A stretch of 64,000 nt of DNA from Malacoraja senta (GCA_038087875.1 CM075989.1:4464001-4528000); one strand, 5' to 3'; positions 38,222 to 52,219 are shown, counted from the first letter of the stretch. Numbers and translations are program-made. Notes: generated from the letters alone by a model not told the origin.

Positions 38222-39669
38222 TAGAAGACAAGCAAGGAATTCAAGTATTTTTTAATATTTTGAATAAGCAAGGCTGACCTGGCTCAATCTGATCAAACAC
38301 ATAAAGATTTAGTAGGAACCTGAGGGGCAACTTTTTCACTCAGAGAGTGGTGAGTATGTGGAAGGAGCTGCCAGAGGAGGTAGTTGAGGCAGGTATAATA
38401 ATATTTAACAGACACTTGGACAGGTGCTTGTGTAGGAAAGGTTCAGAGGTATATGGACCATATGCAGGCAAATAGGACCAGCTTAGGTGGGGCATCTTGG
38501 ATGAGTTGGGCCGGAGGGCCTGCGTCTGTGTCAGGGGTTCAGGAGGTGAGGAAGGGTCCTGACCAAAATGTCACCCATCCATTCTCTCCACAGATGCTGC
38601 CTGACCCGCTGTTACTCCAGCACTTAGTGTTTAGCTTACGATTCCAGTAACTGCATCTCCTTGTGGCTTTAACTGATGCAAGTTTAGAGTTAAAATGCAC
38701 GTGTAACTCGAGAGACTTTATATAATTACTTGGAAATCCAGCTACTGCACCTTGGATGAGCAAAAGAAGGAAATGGATTTTCATCAATTACAAACCATTA
38801 AGAAATTCTCATTTGTTTTTTCTTTCCCTAGTTTCAACTGATTTTACCGCAAATTAAATTAATCCATCTTGCATGTAAATGGAAATGCCATTGCTGTACT
38901 TATCATTTGTTAGGTTGGTAACTGCATCACCGCTAGTACCAGATTTCAACAGCTTGTTCCTTTCACGTTTTAAAGCCCAGCCAGCATAAATAACAAACTG
39001 ACAGACAAACAGAGTCTGACTGCTGGGTGAGTCAAGTAGGCTTAATATCCTCATGTTTTAATTGCAACCTCATTAACCTGTTCGCTTTGTTCAGGGAATA
39101 GCCAGTTAAGTCAAATGGGGTTCGCACTAACTGACAACTAGATTTGTCTGCTGCTCCTACACAATAAACATTGTAAACCCTCCATGGCTGGTCTCCAGAG
39201 CTACCCATGTTATCAGAGGCCAACCTCTATATAATTCCCACCTTTATTTCACTTTCGAAGATATTTGTTTGTTGTTGGTCAAACTCCACAGGATGCCAGG
39301 ATTATTTCTCAGTGTCTCTAATTCCCATTTAGGAATCCTTCTGAGACAATAGCAGAAGGTTAATGTAAAGGGAAACAGACTCAGGAGTTCACCGAGGGAT
39401 TTAATGAGTAGTTGTAACTGTTATTTTCTTAATCTGATAGGAATAGCTGTCTTTGGTTTGTCACTATGGAGCTTAATTGTCATATCTTATCAAAATCAGG
39501 CCCATGGGACATATTCTAATATTTTCCAAAATCCAGGCATTCCCATTTCAGATTAAAGTGACAAATAGTGCAACATTTTTAAGGATATGACTTTACTGAA
39601 ATGACTTGAATTTATGTGGAAGAGAAAATGCAGAAGGTTGTGAAAGATGTCCCAGATTGGTACAGTAAT

Positions 39670-39975
39670 GAGGCAGCACAGTGGCACAGCAGTAGTGTTG
39701 ATGCCTAACAGCCCCAGAGACCTGGGTTCAATCCTGACGAAGGGTGCTGTCAGTACGGATATTGGACATTCTCCCGGGGACCTGCGTGGGTTTTTCCCAG
39801 GTGCTCCCACATTTCCACCCACATTCCAAATACGTTGATTGGCTTTGGTTAAATTTTAAAATTATCCCTAGTGTGTGTAGGATAGTATAAGTGTGTGGGG
39901 AACACTGGTCGTCAGGGACTCGGGGCTGAAGGGCCTGTTTCCATGCTGTACCTCTATAGTAAACTAAACTGAACT
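39670..39975 (+). mobile_element. V-SINE
   Basis: A and B boxes, V-domain, tail. Confidence 0.75.
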
Positions 39976-40964
39976 ATTTGTGGGTGAAGATCTTTAAGGT
40001 TTAAACTGGAATGGACTGGTTCAATAGAAAAAAGGTGGCAAATGGAACTAAAACTTAAAACTTTGTGACGTAATTGCATACAGCGATGACAAACGTGATA
40101 AATAGCCAGATGCTAAAGTGTAGAGGAATGGAGGGATGTTGGGGATGTATTCACAGATTCATGAAGGCAGCAGGGCAGGGAGAAAAGGTGGTTTAGAAGA
40201 CAGAAGAGGACAAAAAAGACACAAAGTGCTGGAGTAACTCTGTAGGTCAGGCAGTTACAATGGAGAACACGGATGGGCAATGTTTTGGATTGGAACTCTT
40301 CTTCAGACTGGAGAAATGACCTGAAGCATCGCCTATCCATGTTCGCCAGAGATTCCGCCTGACCAGTTGAGTTACATTGGACATCCAGTACTTTGTGTCT
40401 TTTTTGGTACACCAGCATCTGCAATTCCCTATGTCAAACATATAGGACACTTGCCTGGGATTCCAGTGCAGGATGACGCTAGAAATAGTTTAGCCACAGC
40501 TATTATACTAGATAACTGGAGTACTGGAGTGAGAGGAAACTGAGAAACTTAGTTGAAGCATATAGTTAGGTATGATCATCATAAGGTTAACAGAAATGAC
40601 AGCACTCTCCTTGGAACGAAGCCCATAACTAGAAGGTAACATCCTTTTAATCGGTAGAAGAATTGGAGGGGAAATTATGAAAATATTCTCGCTCAAACCA
40701 ATAGTCGTGACAGTCACTATGGGCTATCGCTTGGTAATGGATAGGTTTCATTTGTCCATGTGTTGCTTTTATCCATAATTGAGAAAAAAAATAATTAATC
40801 ACTCGATATGGTAAACATCTCTCTTTTTTATCGTAGTGAATCAAAAGAACAAGATTGATAAGCAAGAACAACTACTGGATGTGGAGAGAGAGAGAGAGGG
40901 AGTTAATTCTGACGCTTGTCGGAATGGATGTGTGCACGTCAGATTTCTTAATTTAATAAGATTA

Positions 40965-41260
40965 AAGGCAGCATGGTAGCGTAGCAGTAGAGCTATTGCC
41001 TTGCAATGCCAGGATTCGAACCTGACTATGGGTGGTTGCCTGTACATGCCTGTTCTCCCCCTGACCTGCGTGGGTTTTCCCCAAGATCTTCGTTTTTCTC
41101 CCACACTCCAAAGACGTACAGGCTTTTAGGTTAATTAGCTTGGTATGAATGTAAAATTGTCCCTAGTGTGTGCAGGGTAGTGGTAATGTGCGGGGATTGC
41201 TGGTTGGTGTGGACTCAGTGGGCCGAAGAGCCTGTTTCCGTGCTTTATCTTTAAAACAAA
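40965..41260 (+). mobile_element. V-SINE
   Basis: V-domain, tail. Confidence 0.75.
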
Positions 41261-41506
41261 AGATTATGGGAGCTTGTTTGTATGAACAGGTGTCCCTAAA
41301 GTGGGTGTTTTAAACCTCGGATGGCTTGCACCTGAAAGGCTGGTGCAACAAAATCTCTTGTCACCTTTAAAAACTGCCTCTACTGTACTTGAGGATCTAC
41401 AACTTGCAACCTGGAAGTGGTATTGATCTGTGTTTCCATTTCTGGTCAGCAAGGGTATAATGTCTCAAATGGCCTCCTCTTGTGTTGTCAATTTCAATGA
41501 TTCTAA

Positions 41507-41738
41507 AGGGCCTGTCCCACTTGGGCGTTATTTGCGCGTCCTTTACGCGACATCATTTACGCGTGACGCACACGTGACGCACGCAAGGCGTGCATTATAC
41601 GCGCATGGCTCGTGGTGAGACATGGTGGCGTAGGCAGTGACGCGCAGTCGCGCGCGGCGCCCCAGGATTTGGGGATTCACAAAATCTTTGCGCACCACCT
41701 GCGTGACGCGCAAATGACCCCCAAGTGGGACAGGCCCT
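41507..41738. mobile_element. PIF/Harbinger MITE
   Basis: TIR agggcctgtcccacttggg; TAA TSD at 41504-41506 and 41739-41741. Confidence 0.9.
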
Positions 41739-41999
41739 TAAGACAGCACTTCTTTACTACATAACACAATCTTCTGTTGCAGATCAATTAATCCAGTGCA
41801 GGTTCAATTGCAATTACCACCAACGACACACAGGGAAATGACTGTCGAAAGCAAATACTATTTTGACTTGTTGTATTTGATCAAGTGAACATACAAACTA
41901 GGAGGAGTAGGGTACTCGGTCTCTGGAACATGCCTTGACATTCGATAAGATTAGGCTGATTTGATTGTAACCTCACTCCGCATTATCAGCACCCCCAGT

Positions 42000-42300
42000 G
42001 CTGGTGGCACAGCGGTAGAGTTGCTGCCTAACAGCACCAGAGACCCATGTTCGATCTTTACTCCGAGTGGTGTCTGTAAGGAGTTATACTTTCTCCGTGT
42101 GACCTGCGCGGGTTTTCTCCGGGTGCTCCGGTTTCCTCCCATACTCCAAAGACATACAGGTTGGTAGGTTAATTGGCTTGGTAAAATTGTAAATTGTTCC
42201 CAATGTGTAGGATAGTGTTAGTGTATGTGGTGATCGCTGGTTAGCACGAGCTCGGTGGGATGAAAGGCCTGCTTCAATGCCGTATCTCTAAACTAAACTA
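42000..42300 (+). mobile_element. V-SINE
   Basis: A-box, V-domain, tail. Confidence 0.8.
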
Positions 42301-42419
42301 ATCTAATCATAGCTAACTCAACCTGTAAAATTTCAGAAGAGTAGCTTCTCATTCCAGGTCTGTCCAACTTTTCCTCATTGGACATCCAATCTTTCCTCAT
42401 TATACATCCAACTTTTGAG

Positions 42420-42665
42420 TGTGAGTTTAGTTTCTTGACACATGTACCGAGGTACAGTGAAAATCTTTTGTTGCGTGCTAACCAGTCAGCGGAAAGACAA
42501 AACATGATTACAATTGCGCCATCCACAGTGTTCAGATACATGATAATGGGCATAACGTTTAGTACAAGTTAAAGTTCAGTAAAATCCGATCAAGGATAGT
42601 CCGAGTGTCTCCAATGAGGTAGATAGTAGCTCAGGACCACTCTCTAGTTGTTGCTGGATAACAGC
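42420..42665 (-). mobile_element. Rex1/Babar LINE 3' UTR (related copies at ~1980-2110, 13255-13400, 43460-43670, 56300-56610)
   Basis: Shared tgtaccgaggtacagtgaaa tail; the 56300 copy extends into TSRFRDSFFPAVIRQL. Confidence 0.7.
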
Positions 42666-42749
42666 AGGTACTGACATAATAAATGCTCTCTGAATTGCTT
42701 CCAATGACTTTATACCTTCCTAAATAAAGAAAGCAATACCACAGACAGT

Positions 42750-43070
42750 GGTTTAGCTTAGTTTCGAGATACAGCACGGAAGCAGGCCCTTCGTCCCACC
42801 AATTCCACACCGACCAGCGATCCCTGCACATTAACACTAACTTACCTACACACACTTGGGACAATTTACACTTATACCAAGCTAAGTAACCTACAAATCT
42901 GTACGTCTTTGGAGTGTGGGAAGAAAACAAAGATCTCGGAGAAAACCCACGAGATCACAGGGAGAACGTCCAAACTCCGTACAGACAAGCACCTGTAGTC
43001 AGGATCAAACCCTGGTCTCTGGTTCCGCAACTGCTGTAAGGCAGCAACTCTACCACTGTGCCACCGTGCC
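42750..43070 (-). mobile_element. V-SINE
   Basis: Full reverse-complement copy. Confidence 0.85.
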
Positions 43071-44417
43071 GGTAGCCTAACTATCATCTCGCTAGAGCCT
43101 CATATAATTGAATTATAACCACCTGTATTTAATTCCCCAGGTAATAAACAACATTCTGTTAACTTTGCTAATCATTTGCTGTACGTGCACATGTCTGCCA
43201 ATTATGCACAAGAATATCACATCCCTCTGCATCTCAGATTTCTTTCACCAATTAAATCTGTTGCTTTTTTATTTTTCCATGCTAAATGGAGAATGAGACA
43301 TTTTTCCACATTCTACTTAATGTGCTAGATCTCTGCCTACTCATTTAACCTATCCATATACATTTATAGCTCCCTAATATCCTCTTTGCAACTTACATTA
43401 TGATCCATCTTTGTACACTTTAGCAAATTTAGTAACACTACCTTTGTAATGATATTGGTTTATTAATGTCACGTGTACCGAGATACAGTGAAAAGATTTT
43501 GTTTGTGTGCTATCCAAGGTAGTGTAAAGAGAATTATATAAGAGTGCGGAATATAGTGTTATAGCATTGTCGCGTTACAGTTCCAGAAAAACAAAATCAA
43601 TGTAGCAATGAGGTAGGTTGGAAATTTGGGACTACGCCCTAGTTGTTGGGGGGACCGTACAGTAATCTGATAACGGATAACTGATAACAGATGACAACTG
43701 ATAAAAGATAAAATTATAAAAGAGAAACAAAATGAGGGTTTTTACAATGGAAATAAAAATAGCAAAGAGGAATAGTAAAAATAGCAAAAATAGCAAAGAG
43801 GGGAGAAGTCAGGCATGGGTTATTGATTGGGGACAGTCAGCTATGATCACAATGAATGGCGGTGCTGGTTCGAAGGGCCAAAATATCTCCTCCTGCACCT
43901 ATGTTCTATGTTTCTATGAATGCTGCATCACAAGCAAAGATATCAATCACCACAAATGGCACGATAAGGAAGCTACAGGAGGAGCCACCAGACCTGTTCT
44001 TTCATGAGATGGTTTGATGCATTCATCCAAGTCATTTATATTAATTGCAAAATGGTGGGGCTCCATTGATTTCTCCAATGCAAAGATTTGTTAAATTAAA
44101 ACAGAAAAAGAGCCATTTGTGCATGTGTGTCTGTCTGCAACCTTCCAGCTGGCAAGATTACACTTCCCTGCTTCCATTCTCAGTCATTGAGTCACTGCCA
44201 GCCAATGCACAAAATGGCTTCTCATTCCAATCCTGCACTGTTATTTCTGGGATGTCACAAGAATTATTTCATTACATAATGCCCCAAAGCTACTTTATCT
44301 CAATCCAGCATCAGTATTCAACATCAGTGCAGCATCAGTATCCGCATGCATTCTGATGACACCCTGCTCTTCCGTACCAACAAGTCTGCCATTCAGTATC
44401 GGACATCTATACAGACC

Positions 44418-44742
44418 CGGTGGCACAGCGGTAGAGTTGCTGCCTTACAGCGCCAGAGACCCAGGTTCAATCCTGTCTGTGGGCGCTGTCTGTACGGAGT
44501 TTGTATGTTCTACCCGTGACCGTGTGGGTTTTCTCCGGGTGCTCCGGTTTCCTCCCACACCCCAAAGACCTGCAGGTTTGTAGGTTAATTAGCTACGGTA
44601 AAAATGTAAATTGCCCCAAATGTGTAGGATAGTGCTGGTGTGCAGGGATCGCTGGTCAGCGTGGACTCGGTGGGTCGAAGAGCCTGTTTCCGCGCCATAT
44701 CTTTAGACTCGACTAAACTAAACTAAACTAAACTAAACTAAA
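44418..44742 (+). mobile_element. V-SINE
   Basis: A and B boxes, V-domain, (ctaaa)n tail. Confidence 0.88.
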
Positions 44743-45389
44743 TATTCAGAAAGTGAAAAAATGACCTTGATGGATACTGAAATCCCTGGTCCTCATTTCT
44801 AATGCTGGAAACTGAACCTGAATCAATGGCACGCAGACCTATGCTGAGGCCTATGCTTCCAACCATATATACGCACCATTATTAAGATAGCCCATTGCTG
44901 TTTGCATCCCATCAACCTGCACTGTCTCTGTCTCACCTGCAGCTGTACTGTTTCTCCATGCTCTACCACCTCTAGATACTCTTTCCAATGCATACTCTTC
45001 CTCATTCCATCCTCTATGGGAATGATGCTGAACTCTGTTGTCCATTAATGACCTGGGGATGCAGGGAACTGCAGGTGCTGGAATCTTGCGTAGAACACAA
45101 AGTGTTGGAGTAACTCAGTGGGTCAGGCAGCATCTCTAGAGAGCATGAATAGGCCAAGTTTCGGGTTTGGACTCTTCTTCAGATTGATGTCGTGGGTGGA
45201 GGCGGGAGAAAGCTGGAAAAGAGGTGCAGACAGAACAAAACCTGTCAAGTGATAGGTGGATACAGGTGTGAGAGGTTTGATGGACATATAGCAAATCCTT
45301 ACTTCCTCAGGTTCTGACCCAAAGCGTTGCCTATCCATGTTCTCCGGAGATGCCACCTAACCCGCTGAGTTACTCCAGCACTTTGGTCA

Positions 45390-45820
45390 TCAGGTCATAA
45401 GTGATAGGAGCAGAATTAGACCATTCGGCCCATTGTCTACTCCGGCATTCAATCATGGCTGATCTATCTCTCCCTCCCAACCCCATTCACCTGCCTTCTC
45501 CCCATTACCCCTGATACATGTACTAATCAAGAATCTATCTATCTCTGCCTTAAAAATATCCATTGACTTGGCCTCCACAGCCTTCTAGAATTTCACAGAT
45601 TCACCACCCTCTAACTAAAGAATTTCCTCCTCACCTCCTTCCAAAAGAAACGTCCTTTAATTCTAAGGCTATGACCTCTGGTCCTAGACTCTCCCACTAG
45701 TGGAAACATCCTCTCCACATCCACTCTAACCAAGCCTTTCACTATTCAGTACGTTTCATCCTTCTAAACTCCAGTGAGTATAAGCCCAGTGCCATCAAAC
45801 ACTCATCATATGTTAACCCA
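45390..45820 (-). mobile_element. CR1 3' fragment
   Basis: Same family as 18325-19100. Confidence 0.8.
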
Positions 45821-47121
45821 TTTTGTGACCTGCTGAGTGTGCATGTCCTGTAATTCCATTGTAGACAGCATTCATTGATCTGTTTAGCTCCATTTCAGAT
45901 GTATTAGTCTGGGTGTAAAGGACAAACACCATGAACTTTGCCCACAGCCTTTAACTCTTCGCAATCAAAGGATTTTTATTGAGTAATTTCACACCTACAC
46001 CATCTTACCAATATGAACTGATGCATAACTATTTCAGTAAATCATGTATTATAACGGCCATAATTTTTGATTTGTAATTTAAAGGCTATAAATCAAAACC
46101 TTCGACATGAATTGGAAAAGATTGTTGCAACCCTGTTATTGGTAGAAGGATTTTCTTATATTTTCTATTTCTATAAACCTATTTTCTATGTTCTATAGAT
46201 GGGGAGAAGGCAGGCACGGGTTATTGATTTGGGACGATCAGCCATGATCACAATGAATGGCGATGCTGGCTCGAAAGGCCGAATGGCCTCCTCCTGCACC
46301 TATTTTCTATGTTATGTTTCTATGTTTCTATGATTGTACTTCTTGTCAGATGCCAAATGATTCTGATAATTCCATTTATCAACTAGCTCAACAGAAATGC
46401 TGTCACAAATTAACCAAACCTTCTTAAAGGTGGAGGACATTGATGTCAATGTCAATTGGAAAGGAAATTCCTTTGCACTCAGCTGTTCCTTAATAAAGGG
46501 GCCGTTTACCCTTTTTAAAATTAGACTGCATTTTGGGTGGAAAAAAAATATTATTCTGTGGAGGGGTGGGAGTAAGAGATTTTTAGTGTTGTTTAGTTTA
46601 GTTCAGATAAACAGCACCTAAACAGGCCTTTCAGCCCATCGGGTCCACACCGACCAGCGACAATAGACAATAGACAATAGGTGCAGGAGTAGGCCATTCG
46701 GCCCTTCGAGCCAGCACCGCCATTCAATGTGATCGTTGCTGATCATCCCCAATCAGTACCCCGTTCCTGCCTTCTCCCCATATCCCCTGACTCCGCTATC
46801 TTTAAGAGCCCTATCTAGCTCTCTCTTGAAAGTATCCAGAGAACCGGCCTCCACCGCCCTCTGAGGCAGAGAATTCCACAGACTCACAACTCTTGGTGAG
46901 AAAAAGTGTTTCCTCGTCTCCGTTCTAAATGGCTTACCCCTTTTTCTTAAACTGTGTTCTGGTCCCCCAACATCGGGAACATGTTTCCTGCCTCTAGCGT
47001 GTCCAAACCCTTAACAATCTTATATGTTTCAATAAGATATAACCATATAACCATATAACAATTACAGCACGGAAACAGGCCATCTCGATCCTTCTAGTCC
47101 GTGCCGAACACGTATTCTCCC

Positions 47122-50025
47122 CTAGTCCCATATACCTGCGCTCAGACCATAACCCTCCATTCCTTTCCTGTCCATATAACTATCCAATTTATTTTTAAAT
47201 GATAAAAACGAACCTGCCTCCACCACCTTCACTGGAAGCTCATTCCACACAGCCACCACTCTCTGAGTAAAGAAGTTCCCCCTCATGTTACCCCTAAACT
47301 TCTGTCCCTTAATTCTCAAGTTATGTCCCCTTGTTTGAATCTTCCCTACTCTCAGTGGGAAAAGCTTATCCACGTCAACTCTGTCTATCCCTCTCATCAT
47401 TTTAAAGACCTCTATCAAGTCCCCCCTTAACCTTCTGCGCTCCAAAGAATAAAGCCCTAACCTGTTCAACCTTTCTCTGTAACTTAGTTGCTGAAACCCA
47501 GGCAACATTCTAGTAAATCTCCTCTGTACTCTCTCTATTTTGTTGACATCCTTCCTATAATTAGGCGACCAAAATTGTACACCATACTCCAGAATTGGCC
47601 TCACCAATGCCTTGTACAATTTTAACATTACATCCCAACTTCTATACTCAATGCTCTGATTTATAAAAGCCAGCACACCAAAAGCTTTCTTTACCACCCT
47701 ATCTACATGAGATTCCACTTTCAGGGAACTGTGCACAGTTATTCCAAGATCCCTCTGTTCACCTGCATTCTTCAATTCCCTACCATTTACCATGTACGTC
47801 CTATTTTGATTTGTCCTGCCAAGATGTAGCACCTCACACTTATCAGCATTAAACTCCATCTGCCATCTTTCAGCCCACTCTTCCAACCGGCATAAATCTC
47901 TCTGTAGACTTTGAAAATCTACTTCATTATCCACAGCCCCACCTATCTTAGTATCATCTGCATACTTACTAATCCAATTTACCACACCATCATCCAGATC
48001 ATTGATGAACATGACAAACAACAGTGGACCCAACACAGATCCCTGTGGCACCCCACTAGTCACTGGCCTCCAACCTGACAAACATCCATCCACCATTACT
48101 CTCTGGCATCTCCCATTCAGCCACTGTTGAATCCATCTTGCTACTCCACCATTAATACCCAACCATTGAACCTTCTTAACCAACCTTCCGTGAGGAACCT
48201 TGTCAAAGGCCTTACTGAAGTCCATATACACAACATCCATGGCTTTACCCTCATCAATTTCCCGAGTAACCTCTTAAAAAAATTCAAGAAGATTAGTCAA
48301 ACATGACCTTCCAGGCACAAATCAATGTTGACTGTTCCTAATCAGCCCCTGTTTATCCAGATGCTTATATATATTATCTCTAAGTATCCTTTCCATTAAT
48401 TTGCCCACCACTGACGTCAAACTAACAGGTCTATAATTGCTAGGTTTACTCTTAGACCCCTTTATAAACAATGGAACAACATGCGCAGTACGCCAATCCT
48501 CCGGCACTATTGCCGTTTCTAATGACATTTGAAATATTTCTGTCATAGCCCCTGCTATTTCTACACTAACTTCCCTCAATGTCCTAGGGAATATCCTGTC
48601 CGGACCTGGAGACTTATCCACTTTTATATTTCTCAAAACTGTCAGTACTTCCTCTTCTTTGAATCTCATAGTTTCCATAGCTACTCTACTTGTTTCCCTT
48701 ACCTCACATAATTCAATATCCTTCTCCTTGGTGAATACCGAAGAAAAGAAATTGTTCAATATCTCCCCCATCTCTTTTGGCTCTGCAGATAGCTGTCCAC
48801 TCTGACTCTCTAATGGACCAATTTTATCCCTCGTTATCCTTTTGCTATTAATATAGCTGTAGAAACCCTTTGGATTTACTTTCACCTTACTTGCCAAAGC
48901 AACCTCATATCTTCTTTTAGCTTTTCTAATTTCTTTCTTAAGACTCTTTTTACATTTTTTATACTCCTCAAGCACCTCATTTACTCCATGCTGCCTATAA
49001 TTATTGTAGATCTCTCTCTTTTTCCGAACTAAGTGTCCAATTTCCCTTGAAAACCATGGCTCTTTCCAATTTTTACTATTTCCTTTCAACCGAACAGGGA
49101 CATAAAGATTCTGTACTCTTAAAATTTCACCTTTAAATGTCCTCCATTTCTCTTCCACATCTTTCCCATAAAACAAACTGTCCCAATTTACTCCTTTTAA
49201 ATCCTTTCGCATCTCCTCAAAGTTAGCCTTTCTCCAATCAAAAATCTCAACCCTAGGTCCAGTTCTGACCCTCTCCATAATTATATTGAAACTAATGGTA
49301 TTGTGATGATTGGTCCCGAACTGTTCCCCAACGCATACCTCTGCCACCTGACCCGTCTCATTTCCTAACAGGAGGTCCAGCACCGCCCCTTCTCTAGTAG
49401 GTACTTCTATGTATTGCTGCAAAAAACTAACCTGCACGCATTTTACAAACTCCAACCCATCCAGCCCATTTACAGAATGTGTTTCCCAGTCTATGTGTGG
49501 AAAATTGAAATCTCCCACAATCACTACCTTGTGCTTACTACTAATATCTGCAATCTCCTTACATATTTGCTCTTCCAATTCTCGCTCCCCATTTGGCGGT
49601 CTATAATACACCCCTATGAGTGTTGCTACCCCTTTCCCATTTCTCAGTTCCACCCAAATAGCCTCCCTAGAAGAGCCCTCTAATCTATCCTGCCAAAGCA
49701 CTGCTGTAATATCTTCCCTGATAATCAATGCAACACCTCCACCTCTTGCCCCTCCAATTCTATCACACCTGAAGCAACGAAATCCTGGAATATTTAGTTT
49801 CCAATCACAGCCCTCCTGCAACCATGTTTCACTGATCGCCACAACATCATACTTCCAAGTGTCAATCCAGGCTTTAAGTTCATCCACCTTTCTTATAATG
49901 CTCCTAGCATTAAAATATACACATTTAAGAAACCCACCCTCTCTAATTCTCTGTTTATTGTCTTTTTCTTCTCTCTCCCCTACATTTTGGGTCAGAGTGC
50001 TTCCATTCTCTGCCTCCTGCCTCAC
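47122..50025 (-). pseudogene. CR1 ORF2 (APE endonuclease plus reverse transcriptase) with two in-frame stops
   Basis: YFNARS, ISETW, GDFN, NYRPVSLTS, DFSKAFD, GVPQGS, YADD; the two annotated ORFs are in one frame separated by TGA and TAA. Confidence 0.95.
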
Positions 50026-50049
50026 ACACTGACTGCTAGCTTTCCCAAT

Positions 50050-50406
50050 TTAAGTCCCTCCCCCCAACCATACTAGTTTAAAGTCTCCCCAGTAGCCTTT
50101 TTATATCTACCCGCCAGGATATTGGTTCCCCTCGAGTTCAAGTGCAACCCATCCTTTCTGTACAGGTCGCACCTTCCTCAAAAGAGGTCCCAATGATCCA
50201 GAAACTTGAATCCATACCCACTGCACCAGTCCCTCATCCACTCATTTATCCTCCACCTCGCTCCATTCCTACTCTCACTATCGCGTGGCACAGGCAGTAA
50301 TCCTGAGATTGTTACCTTTGCAGTCCTTCTCCTTAACTCTCTACCTAACTCCCTAAATTCTTCTTTCAGGACCTCTTCTCTTTTTTTACCTATGTCGTTG
50401 GTCCCT
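50050..50406 (-). pseudogene. CR1 ORF1 C-terminal part (SGNH/GDSL esterase-like)
   Basis: GTNDIG...VTISGLLPVPR...INEWMRDWC...FKFLDHW. Confidence 0.8.
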
Positions 50407-51052
50407 ATAAGATACCCTCTCATCCTTCTAAACTCCAGAGTGTACAAGCCCAGCCGCTCCATTCTCTCAGCATATGACAGTCCTGCCATCCCAGGAATTA
50501 ACCTTGTAAACCTACGCTGCACTCCCTCAATAGCAAGAATGTCCTTCCTCAAATTAGGGGACCAGAAACTGTACACAATACTCCAGGTGTGGTCTCACTA
50601 GGGCCCTGTACAACTGCAGAAGGACCTCCGCACATTAACACTACTCTGCACACTAGGGACAAATTTTCATTCACACCAAACCAATTAACTAACAAACCTG
50701 TATGTGTTTGGAGTCTGGGACGAAACCGAAGATTTCGGAGAAGACCCATGCTGCTGATGGGGAGAACGTACAAACTCCATACAGACAGCACCCATAGGTG
50801 GGATCAAACCCTGGTCTCCGGCGCTGCAAGCGCTGTAAAGCAGCAACTCTACCGCTGCGCCACCATGGCCACCATGAGGACATTCTGAGCATGCATTATA
50901 AAGGTGCGGATCCTCAGGCATCAGTCTTACAGTTTCCATACTTCCCGTCAAAGTCTGGACACTGAGTCTTAAAAACAAGGATGACCCTCACACCCAGCAT
51001 CCACCCTCGTACCTGTGGGCCAAGTTGGGTGATGGTAGATAAGATAGCATTA

Positions 51053-51401
51053 AGGGCCTATCCCACTTAGGCGATTTTTTAGGCAACTGCCGGCGACTTG
51101 GCTGTCGCCATACGGTCTCCGGGGTGTCGCCTGTATGGTCGTGAGTATTCTCCTCAGTCGCCCAAAGAGTCGTAGAGTTTTTCTGATCGCCGCTAGATTT
51201 TGAAATGTTCAAAACTTTTCGGTGACAGTCGGCGACCCTGGGCTTGTCATAGTTTGTCTTCTCCTGACGTAGGTGCTGTCGTAGGTTGTCGTAGGTTGTT
51301 GCCAGGATTGTCGTAGGTTGTCGCCGGTGCTGACTTCGGTGAATTCCATTGACGGAGTCGCCGGCAGTCGCCTAAAAAAATCGCCTAGTGGGACAGGCCC
51401 T
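51053..51401. mobile_element. PIF/Harbinger MITE, internally deleted
   Basis: TIRs agggcctatcccacttaggcg / cgcctagtgggacaggccct. Confidence 0.85.
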
Positions 51402-52219
51402 TTCGGATACCACAATTTCCACAAGCCAGAGAAGAAAGAAATATCAACCAAAATATCCATTTGCTATTGTAGAACTTGATCGAAAAACATATGCCAAGGC
51501 CCAGGAGAACACCATTAATGATGGTAAGTGCGGACTGTACTCGCTGGAGTTTAGAAGAATGAGGGGGGGACCCACCCTCTCTAATTCTCTGTTTATTGTC
51601 TTTTTCTTCTCTCTCCCCTACATTGAATGGTAGAGTAGACTTGATTCTACTCCAATCACTTATGACCTTATGACATGACTTATGAGACCAGAAACAGGCC
51701 TTATGGCTCACTGCATTGTGCCTATCATTATGCCTCTCTATACTAATTCCAACTGCCTGCATTCATTCCATATCCCTCTATGTCTTATTCACTGAAGTAC
51801 CCATCCAGATGCTGCTTAAATGTAGTTAATGTTCCTGCCACCACCACCTCCACTTGTAGCTCATTTCATATACCAAGTACTCAGAAAAACTAACCCCTTA
51901 GATCCCACTTAAAACTCCTCCCTCAGCTTACAGCTTACAACTACGGCATGGAAGTAAGCCCTTAAGCCCAACTTGGCCATGCTGGCCAACATGTTCCATC
52001 TCAACTAGACCCACCTGCCTGCTTTTGGCCCATATCCCTCTAAACCTGTCCTATCCATGTACCTGCCTAAATGTTTCTTAAATGTTGCGATAGTCCCTGC
52101 CTCAACTACCTCCTCTGAATGCTTGTTCCATACACCCCCACCCTTTGTGTTGAAAAGTTACCCCTTAAGGGCCTTTCCCACGTACGTGATTTTTTCGGCG
52201 ACTGTGGGTACCGTCATAG

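Larger units (their letters stand above)
47040..50406 (-). mobile_element. Young 5'-truncated CR1 LINE
   Basis: (aaccatat)n tail; 8-bp TSD ataagata at 47032-47039 and 50407-50414. Confidence 0.95.
46661..50627 (-). mobile_element. Older CR1 3' fragment (46661-47039 plus 50407-50627), split by a younger CR1 and itself inside a V-SINE (46591-46660 plus 50628-50872)
   Basis: (caataga)n tail; sequence is collinear across the insert; WSPNLRKDILAIEGVQRRFTRLIPGM. Confidence 0.85.

Noticed and set aside
50178..50576. 132-aa ORF as a single gene
   Set aside because: Chance in-frame fusion across the insertion junction between old CR1 ORF2 and young CR1 ORF1
50975..51035. Possible third HDV-like fold (cacccagc...ccctcgt...ccaa gttgggtg)
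   Set aside because: Only a P2-like stem pairs; no valid P1 or P3, and no tail or TSD
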